Positions 25,775-32,000 of a stretch of 32,000 nucleotides of DNA are shown piece after piece. The stretch spans positions 2,880,001-2,912,000 of the forward strand of contig NZ_CP147990.1 of the NCBI RefSeq assembly GCF_037902255.1. The letters are read 5' to 3'. A program made the position numbers and the translations under genes. The notes beneath the pieces are model-generated. The model saw only the letters and a program-made list of their open reading frames with translations, did not search any database and was not told where the DNA came from. This DNA comes from Candidatus Electrothrix sp. GW3-4 (GTDB taxonomy: Bacteria; Desulfobacterota; Desulfobulbia; Desulfobulbales; Desulfobulbaceae). The first letter of the stretch is position 1. Every line of letters begins with the position of its first letter.

Positions 25775-26993
25775 AGGTCAGGGCATCGGCAGGTCGGACC
25801 CTGGAGGCCTTCCAGGAGGGGTAAAGGGTTGCAAGCAGGGTGATCAGGACAGCAACAATGGCGACCACCGCTATATCCTCAGGCACCACCTTGATCGGCA
25901 GGGTGGACATGGGATAAACATTACGGGGCAATTCAATAATCTTATAGCGTTTCAGCAGGGAACAAAGGCTCAGACCGGCTCCGACCCCGAGCACGGTACC
26001 AGTAATACCAATTACTGCTCCCTGATAGAAAAAAATACGCATAATGGAACCGGTCTTGGCCCCCATAGACTTAAGGATAGCAATATCCTTATTCTTTTCC
26101 ATCACCACCATGACCAGGGCACTGATGATATTCAGAGAGGCCACCAGAATAATAAGCGCCAAGGCGATAAAGATACCGATCTTTTCCAGCTTTAGGGCGG
26201 CAAAAAGATTCTGATTAGCCTGTTTCCAGTCCCGCACCAGATAGGAAGGGCCAATATGCTGCCGCACGGCCTTTGCCACGACATCGGCCTTATCAATATC
26301 GCGTACCCGCAGCTCAAGGCTTTGTACCCCCTTGTCGTCAATCCCGACAAGGAGGCGTGCTGTCTCTAAATTGACAAAACCGATGGTGGAATCGTACTCA
26401 TACATGCCTGTGGCGAAGATCCCGCCGACCACACAGGTCTGCACCTTGGGGAGCACCCCCATGGGGGTCAGGGTCCCGTTAGGAGACAGCAGCCTGATCT
26501 TCCAGCCCAAATCCACTCGCAACTGGATTGCCAGTTCCCGACCGAGAAAGATCAGGGGCAATCCAGAGTCATTTGCTAAGTCGCTCAATCGCCCACTGAC
26601 CATCTTGGCTTCCAGATTGAGAACCTGGCCCGCAGTGGCAGGATCAATCCCGCGCACCGCGATCCCTGATGAGTACTGGCCCGAGGTGATCAAGGCCTGG
26701 CCGTAGATATTCGGCGTTGCGGCCTCCACGCCCTTTACGGCCTCCACCTCCTGTTTCAGCTGTTCAGGATCAGCTATTCCGTTTCCCGGACCATGAACCA
26801 TCACATGCGAATTAATGCCGATAATCTGGTCCCGCAGGCCCTCAGTAAAGCCGGTATAGACGGAAAGCACCACGATCAGGGCCATTACCCCGACAGCGAC
26901 TCCGAGCACGGAGATAACCGAGATGAGGGAAATAAATTTTTGTTTGCGCTTGGCTCGTAAATAGCGGAAGCTGACAAAACGTTCAAAGGACAT
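25767..26993 (-). CDS. Lipoprotein-releasing system permease, LolC/LolE family (FtsX-like)
   Basis: The N-terminus (FERFVSFRYLRAKRKQKFISLISVISVLGVAVGVMALIVVLSV) is the LolC/E family start. A large periplasmic loop and a C-terminal FtsX 3-TM bundle follow. Confidence 0.8.
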   Translation of the reverse strand: MSFERFVSFRYLRAKRKQKFISLISVISVLGVAVGVMALIVVLSVYTGFTEGLRDQIIGINSHVMVHGPGNGIADPEQLKQEVEAVKGVEAATPNIYGQALITSGQYSSGIAVRGIDPATAGQVLNLEAKMVSGRLSDLANDSGLPLIFLGRELAIQLRVDLGWKIRLLSPNGTLTPMGVLPKVQTCVVGGIFATGMYEYDSTIGFVNLETARLLVGIDDKGVQSLELRVRDIDKADVVAKAVRQHIGPSYLVRDWKQANQNLFAALKLEKIGIFIALALIILVASLNIISALVMVVMEKNKDIAILKSMGAKTGSIMRIFFYQGAVIGITGTVLGVGAGLSLCSLLKRYKIIELPRNVYPMSTLPIKVVPEDIAVVAIVAVLITLLATLYPSWKASRVRPADALTYE

Positions 26994-27005
26994 GAATAAT
27001 GGCCC

Positions 27006-27983
27006 TCATATATTTTCCTCTTTATTTTTCAATGCGTTTACCTCTTCTTCACTCAACTCTGTCATAGCTGCGATACTCTGGACATCCAACTCACCTGTTG
27101 TAAGAAGTTTGCGGGCAATCTGCATGGCCTTCTTCTTCTCGCCTTCCTTTATACCTTCTTGCTTCCCTTCCTTGATTCCTTCCAGCTTACCTTCCTTCAG
27201 GCCTTCAAGCTTTCCTTCTTTCAGACCTTCTCTCCTTCCTTCCAGAATAGCAGCCGTATAAGACGTCTCAAACATACTGGCCTGATAATGGAGGTTATCC
27301 CGATAGCGTTCATAGGCCCGCTGTTCCTTTTCAGGGAGCTTCATAATGTCCAGTTCATGCTTGGCCTTTTCCAGCCCCTTGGCCCGAAACTCCTCTTTAA
27401 TCTCCTCATTCTTGAGAAAATAGATCCACTCGTCCAGGCTGTCCTTGGCAATATCATCAAAGCTATTGATCTTGATGAGGTAGTATTCTGGAAAGACCTG
27501 ATGCACCTCTTTTTTCCGGTACAAATTTTTCTGACTTTCTGAGAGCTGAAGGATATCCTGATTATGAATACCCTGAAAAGAGGTTGAGCCATGATAGACA
27601 TAATCTGTGCCCTGGCCGAGATCGAAATAGAGAATATTAACCGAAATCACCTTAGACACAGAGGAATACGGATCGCCCTCGCTGAGGTGCTCAGTGATGA
27701 CCTTGGCAGTACTGAAGAGAATACGTTGGAGGTAATCAAGCTCCCGGTCATACTGCACCTCAATGATGACCAGCTCATTGTCCTGGTTTCTGACCTTCAG
27801 ATCCACCCGGTTGAACTTGTCCTGTTGTTCCTCCTTATTGCTTTCGCTTTCCAGGATCTCCAGGATGTGGATATCCTCTTTCAGGAGTTCGCTGAGAAAT
27901 CCTTCCAGGATGTCAAAGTTGGCCTTGCTCCGCAGGAGCTTTTTCATGGCCCAGTCAAAACTGACGAGTTTTCGGGTTGGCAT
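27006..27983 (-). CDS. PD-(D/E)XK nuclease family protein, Rpn-like recombination-promoting nuclease/putative transposase
   Basis: FDWAMKKLL...FLSELL...RVDLKVRNQDNELVIIEVQ...RILFSTAK...ISVNILYF matches the PDDEXK_2/Rpn pattern (D...ExQ). It has the C-terminal EGxx repeat typical of this family. Confidence 0.7.
   Translation of the reverse strand: MPTRKLVSFDWAMKKLLRSKANFDILEGFLSELLKEDIHILEILESESNKEEQQDKFNRVDLKVRNQDNELVIIEVQYDRELDYLQRILFSTAKVITEHLSEGDPYSSVSKVISVNILYFDLGQGTDYVYHGSTSFQGIHNQDILQLSESQKNLYRKKEVHQVFPEYYLIKINSFDDIAKDSLDEWIYFLKNEEIKEEFRAKGLEKAKHELDIMKLPEKEQRAYERYRDNLHYQASMFETSYTAAILEGRREGLKEGKLEGLKEGKLEGIKEGKQEGIKEGEKKKAMQIARKLLTTGELDVQSIAAMTELSEEEVNALKNKEENI
27135..27242. repeat. Nine tandem 12-bp units encoding (EGxx)9 in the Rpn-like protein
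   Basis: EGRR EGLK EGKL EGLK EGKL EGIK EGKQ EGIK EGEK. Coordinates were computed from the ORF end. Confidence 0.7.
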
Positions 27984-28001
27984 GTTCAGTCTCTCGCGCT
28001 G

Positions 28002-28373
28002 TTACTGCTGATCATCGTCATCCCCGGCCAGCAAGTCCATGATTTTGTCCACAGATTGTTTAGACAGATCAATAACCTTGCCACGAATCTTCAGGTAAAC
28101 AGGCTTTCCGCTGGACTGAATGACGGCCAGCAGCTTTTTAACCCGCTCCATCCGCTTTGCCCGCTCGGCAAACTGAAGCGAGCCTTCAATGGTGGCCGCA
28201 ATCACAACCAACTGCCAGGCTATATCTAACAAGCCTTTATCTTTATGCTCTCCATTCGGCTGTGGTTCCGGGGCGAACTGCGCGGTCTGCTGAAATTCTG
28301 CCTGGATGAATTCTGCCACTGCGGCCTCAAGTGTCGGGTCGTCTTTTAGGAGACGAAATTCTATTTCAGTCAT
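28002..28373 (-). CDS. Small acidic-tailed protein of unknown function, translationally coupled to the STAND/TPR gene
   Basis: The ATG at 28373 overlaps the upstream stop (ATGACTGA). I prefer it to the ORF-track start at 28403. I recognise no motif. Confidence 0.5.
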   Translation of the reverse strand: MTEIEFRLLKDDPTLEAAVAEFIQAEFQQTAQFAPEPQPNGEHKDKGLLDIAWQLVVIAATIEGSLQFAERAKRMERVKKLLAVIQSSGKPVYLKIRGKVIDLSKQSVDKIMDLLAGDDDDQQ

Positions 28374-31300
28374 GGGCTTCACTCCATTCCGGGAATTGCT
28401 CAAGGGTTTCTATTGGGTCATCATCGCTGATGACCTTGGCAAGGGCAGTCAGCAACGCAGGGTTTGGGTGGCCGTCCTGTTCAGCGCGGCGGACATTGTC
28501 TTCCAGATTCCAGCCGAGCGAACGCACATCGTCCAGCAAGAGCTGTTTCAGGGGGTTGATTGGCTGAGGCTGGCAGTGGGCGTAGCGATAGAAGGCCAGT
28601 TCCACGGATAAATCCGGTTCTTCGTTTTCCTGAAGCTGCTCTGCCCGTTCCAGCATTTTGATAGCCTTGCTTCTCTCTCCCCGAACGAAAAGCAATCTTG
28701 CATGGTTGCCGAGAAGATTTGCATCCTCCCGTGATACCTCTACAGCACGTTGATACATCTTTTCTGCTGCCGCATAATCATTTTTGTACACATCCAAAAA
28801 AATAGCGTAGTTGCCCAGATTACGCGCATGCTTCGGATCGGCCTCAACGGCCCGCTCGTACATTGCCTCCGCCGCCGCGTAATCCTGCTTCTGATTCACC
28901 AGAAAGACGGCGTAGTTGCCCAGATTACGCGCATGCTTCGGATCAGCCTCAACGGCCCGCTCGTACATTGCCTCCGCCGCCGCGTAATCCTGCTTCTGAT
29001 TCACCAGAAAGACGGCGTAGTTGCCCAGATTACGCGCATGCTTCGGATCAGCCTCAACGGCCCGCTCGTACATTGCCTCCGCCGCCGCGTAATCCTGCTT
29101 CTGATTCACCAGAAAGACGGCGTAGTTGCCCAGATTACGCGCATGCTTCGGATCAGCCTCAACGGCCCGCTCGTACATTGCCTCCGCCGCCGCGTAATCC
29201 TGCTTCTGATTCACCAGAAAGACGGCGTAGTTGCCCAGATTACGCGCATGCTTCGGATCAGCCTCAACGGCCCGCTCGTACATTGCCTCCGCCGCCGGGT
29301 AATCCTGCTTCTGATATGCCAGAAAATTGGCGTAGCTGCCCAGATTACGCGCATGCTTCGGATCGGCCTCAACGGCCCGCTCGTACATTGCTTCCGCCGC
29401 CGGGTAATCCTGCTTCTGATTCTTCAGAAAGACGGCGTAGTTGCCCAGATTGTCCGCATGCTTCGGATCGGCCTCTACAGCTCGTTCGTACATTGCTTCC
29501 GCAGCCGGGTAATCCTTCTTTTGATCAGCCAGAAAATTGGCGTAGTTGCCCAGATTGTCCGCATGCTTCGGGTCAGCCTCCACGGCCCGCTCGTACATCG
29601 CTTCCGCTGCCGCGTAGTCCTGCTTCTGATTCACCAGAAAGACGGCGTAGTTGCCCAGATTGTCCGCATGCTTCGGGTCAGCCTCCACGGCCCGCTCGTA
29701 CATTGCTTCCGCTGCCGCGTAGTCCTGCTTCTGATATGCCAGAAAATTGGCGTAGTTGCCCAGATTGTCCGCATGCTTCGGGTCAGCCTCCACGGCCCGC
29801 TCGTACATCGCTTCCGCTGCCGCGTAGTCCTGCTTCTGATTCTTCAGAAAGACGGCGTAGTTGCCCAGATTGTCCGCATGCTTCGGATCGGCCTCTACAG
29901 CTCGTTCGTACATTGCCTCCGCAGCCGGGTAATCCTGCTTCTGATATGCCAGAAAATTGGCGTAGTTGCCCAGATTACGCGCATGCTTCGGATCGGCCTC
30001 CACAGCCCGCTCAAACATCGTCTCCGCCGCCGGGTAATCCTGCTTCTGATTCTTCAGAAAGACGGCGTAGTTGCCCAGATTGTCCGCATGCTTCGGGTCA
30101 GCCTCCACGGCCCGCTCGTACATCGCTTCCGCTGCCGCGTAGTCCTTCTTTTGATCAGCCAGAAAATTGGCGTAGTTGCCCAGATTGTCCGCATGCTTCG
30201 GGTCAGCCTCCACGGCCCGCTCGTACATCGCTTCCGCTGCCGCGTAGTCCTGCTTCTGATTCTTCAGAAAGACGGCGTAGTTGCCCAGATTGTCCGCATG
30301 CTTCGGGTCAGCCTCCACGGCCCGCTCGTACATCGCTTCCGCTGCCGCGTAGTCCTTCTTTTGATCAGCCAGAAAATTGGCGTAGTTGCCGTAAGCATCT
30401 GCCCTTTCATTATCCGTCTTTGCCAGCTGAAGAGCTGTATTGAACCGATCTTCTTCACCTGCTAACTCAGCTTTCTTTAAAATATCCTCGGTAATCCTGT
30501 CCAGTTCTCCAAAAATAAGAAGATACGCCTGCCTGAGTAAATCGCTATTCCCGGCAAATTGCTTAAACATCAGACGAATGACATCTTGGGGATTCTCTTT
30601 TGCTATTTCTTGAAACTTGCCACGCTCTTCATCAAAAAGTTTATAAAATTCGCTAAACTGAAAAATAGATAGCTCTTCCAATGCCGAACTGCTCACCCGT
30701 AACTTTTCAAATACATTAAGCGAAAGCGATAACTCCAACAAATTGATAAAACTATCAGCATTAAAATCAATCTCATCCCGATCGACTAAGCTATCCTGAG
30801 CACTGACCCTATAAGAGAGAAAAACCAGTTCCCAATCCACCAAACTATTCCGAATGCAGAGTCGATGCAGGGCGGCAATCCGGCGTTGATCTGTTTCACC
30901 GGATAGCGGCAGTTCTCCTGAATAGCCAGTAGGAAAATGATTAGCATTAATAAAATCAGCACTCTCTCTGAGTGTCTCCGTCTCCGGCACTGCATACTCA
31001 GCCAAGAACTCCTGAAACCAAATCCGCCACAACAAGGGCGCACAAATCTTCGCCAGAAAGTTCCTATCTTCTTTACCCAGCGGCTCCACCACCTTCTCAG
31101 CCAAACCATAACAGGAAACATGCTCCTCCAGCCCTTTCTCCGACCAATGATTCAGCAACCCAAAATTATCCAACCGCTGCAGGGCCGTTGCCGGATCAGC
31201 AATCCCGGCCTTGGGGCCAGCCTGAAGCAACAGCTCTTCCGGCACAGGAAAATCAAACAGGGTCAGCAATCGCAACAACTGCAACTCCGTATCACTCAAG

Positions 31301-32000
31301 GCCCTGCTGTACACCTCCAAGGCAATACGCTGCAAATACTTGTCCAGATCATCGCCAGACGAGTCACTCTGCTCCGTTTGCGTGGCCCGGTAATCGCCAA
31401 TCCTTTCCAAAGCCCGGTCAAGCGCGACGGTTTCCCCTTTGAGCAAGGGCTGAAAAAGCAGATGCTGCAAACCAGGATTGCCTTTGCCTGCATCATAAAT
31501 CCGTTGCAAATACTGGCTATCCTGCTCACCTTCCTCTCTTTCCCCCTGAGCCGTCTCCTGCAAGGCCAGCCAGTGCATTTTCAGCTCAGTTTCTGTCATA
31601 TCCGGCACATTAATCGCCTTCAGCCTTGCGGCCACATCATCGCCACAACGATTCTGCACAACAAATTTATAACGGGAAGTGAGCAGTAGACGGGATTCGG
31701 TATCGGCCTCATCAAAGGCTTCAATAATGGCGGTCAAGGTTGCCTGATAATCCAGTTTCACTTTAGCTTCTTTCCGATCACCAGACAGCTCTTCCAGGAC
31801 ATGCTGCTCCAGATCATCCAGAACCAAAAGAATTGGCTGCTGATCAAACACTCCTTCCAGCAGGTCGACCAGAACGTCTTTGAAATCTTCAGGTTGTTCC
31901 TGCACCTGAGCAATGAGTTTCGGGAAATCAACCTTCTCTTTCGCCCCTCTTGCCGCAGCCCCCAGAGTTTGCAGCACATCAAAGGACTGATACTTCCTGT
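28366..32000 (-). CDS. STAND-type (NB-ARC/AAA_16-like) NTPase with a helical arm and a 17-unit TPR-like repeat array; N-terminus outside the window
   Basis: The frame is open to the right window edge (the ORF-track M is a GTG). It has a Walker B-like PILLVLDDLEQ and a GxP-like GKGNPGLQHLL. These are followed by repeats of DYAAAEAMYERAVEADPKHA(D/R)NLGNYA(V/N)FL.NQKQ and a conserved-looking tail (RSLGWNLEDNVRRAEQDGHPNPALLTALAKVI). Confidence 0.7.
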   Translation of the reverse strand, partial: RKYQSFDVLQTLGAAARGAKEKVDFPKLIAQVQEQPEDFKDVLVDLLEGVFDQQPILLVLDDLEQHVLEELSGDRKEAKVKLDYQATLTAIIEAFDEADTESRLLLTSRYKFVVQNRCGDDVAARLKAINVPDMTETELKMHWLALQETAQGEREEGEQDSQYLQRIYDAGKGNPGLQHLLFQPLLKGETVALDRALERIGDYRATQTEQSDSSGDDLDKYLQRIALEVYSRALSDTELQLLRLLTLFDFPVPEELLLQAGPKAGIADPATALQRLDNFGLLNHWSEKGLEEHVSCYGLAEKVVEPLGKEDRNFLAKICAPLLWRIWFQEFLAEYAVPETETLRESADFINANHFPTGYSGELPLSGETDQRRIAALHRLCIRNSLVDWELVFLSYRVSAQDSLVDRDEIDFNADSFINLLELSLSLNVFEKLRVSSSALEELSIFQFSEFYKLFDEERGKFQEIAKENPQDVIRLMFKQFAGNSDLLRQAYLLIFGELDRITEDILKKAELAGEEDRFNTALQLAKTDNERADAYGNYANFLADQKKDYAAAEAMYERAVEADPKHADNLGNYAVFLKNQKQDYAAAEAMYERAVEADPKHADNLGNYANFLADQKKDYAAAEAMYERAVEADPKHADNLGNYAVFLKNQKQDYPAAETMFERAVEADPKHARNLGNYANFLAYQKQDYPAAEAMYERAVEADPKHADNLGNYAVFLKNQKQDYAAAEAMYERAVEADPKHADNLGNYANFLAYQKQDYAAAEAMYERAVEADPKHADNLGNYAVFLVNQKQDYAAAEAMYERAVEADPKHADNLGNYANFLADQKKDYPAAEAMYERAVEADPKHADNLGNYAVFLKNQKQDYPAAEAMYERAVEADPKHARNLGSYANFLAYQKQDYPAAEAMYERAVEADPKHARNLGNYAVFLVNQKQDYAAAEAMYERAVEADPKHARNLGNYAVFLVNQKQDYAAAEAMYERAVEADPKHARNLGNYAVFLVNQKQDYAAAEAMYERAVEADPKHARNLGNYAVFLVNQKQDYAAAEAMYERAVEADPKHARNLGNYAIFLDVYKNDYAAAEKMYQRAVEVSREDANLLGNHARLLFVRGERSKAIKMLERAEQLQENEEPDLSVELAFYRYAHCQPQPINPLKQLLLDDVRSLGWNLEDNVRRAEQDGHPNPALLTALAKVISDDDPIETLEQFPEWSEAHD
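28675..30459. repeat. Tandem array of ~17 x 105 bp (35 aa) coding repeats, including four consecutive perfectly identical copies (28861..29280)
   Basis: CATTGCCTCC recurs at 28861, 28966, 29071 and 29176 (period 105), and the intervening sequence is identical. Unit boundaries were computed from the ORF stop. The terminal units are degenerate. Confidence 0.9.

Noticed and set aside
28675-30459. Possible CRISPR array, given the regular repeats
   Set aside because: The repeats are contiguous 105-bp units with no unique spacers. They lie inside a continuous ORF, and no cas genes are present. The same reasoning applies to the 21-bp repeats at 17013..17117, which are contiguous and spacerless.
28750-30465. 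Two very long plus-strand ORFs (571 aa and 526 aa) antisense to the TPR-like array
   Set aside because: They are periodic, low-complexity translations (Arg/Pro/Ser-rich, 35-aa period) of the opposite strand of a repeat that happens to lack stop codons. They have no independent start context or recognisable domain. The minus-strand frame has a coherent STAND/TPR architecture.

Overview
This looks like a chromosomal segment of a diderm bacterium (a Lol lipoprotein-export system is present; G+C looks like roughly 50%). Housekeeping genes are proS (3' end), a RelA/SpoT homologue, an Smr protein, lon, ftsY, a DjlA-like co-chaperone and lolC/E-lolD. They are interleaved with an unusually dense set of conflict and mobile modules. 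From 3.4 kb onward every credible gene is on the minus strand. The accessory content, left to right: (1) A mazEF-type toxin-antitoxin pair with a palindromic operator. (2) A polymorphic-toxin-like operon (4.3-11.4 kb) with two paralogous DUF4157 (eCIS-core, HExxH) proteins, one carrying an AHH/HNH-like C-terminal domain. It also holds a frameshifted AAA+ ATPase, a gene split by an IS5/IS1182-like element with a perfect 8-bp target duplication, and a CX5R phosphatase-like protein. (3) A strongly AT-rich three-gene island (15.05-16.8 kb) encoding a TM-SAVED effector, a minimal Cas10-like cyclase (mCpol) and an extra YkgJ-type Cys-cluster protein, so Panoptes-like plus one gene. (4) Five 21-bp iteron-like repeats. 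(5) A 3.1-kb HEPN plus double-P-loop (ParA-like RGGVGR + GSGKT) ATPase cassette, bracketed by 135-bp direct repeats derived from the 3' end of the djlA-like gene. (6) A PD-(D/E)XK Rpn-like nuclease. (7) A 5'-truncated STAND-type NTPase with 17 tandem 105-bp (35-aa) TPR-like repeats and a translationally coupled small ORF. Two genes carry -1 frameshifts inside A/T homopolymers. All family names come from motif recognition by eye. No database search was run.
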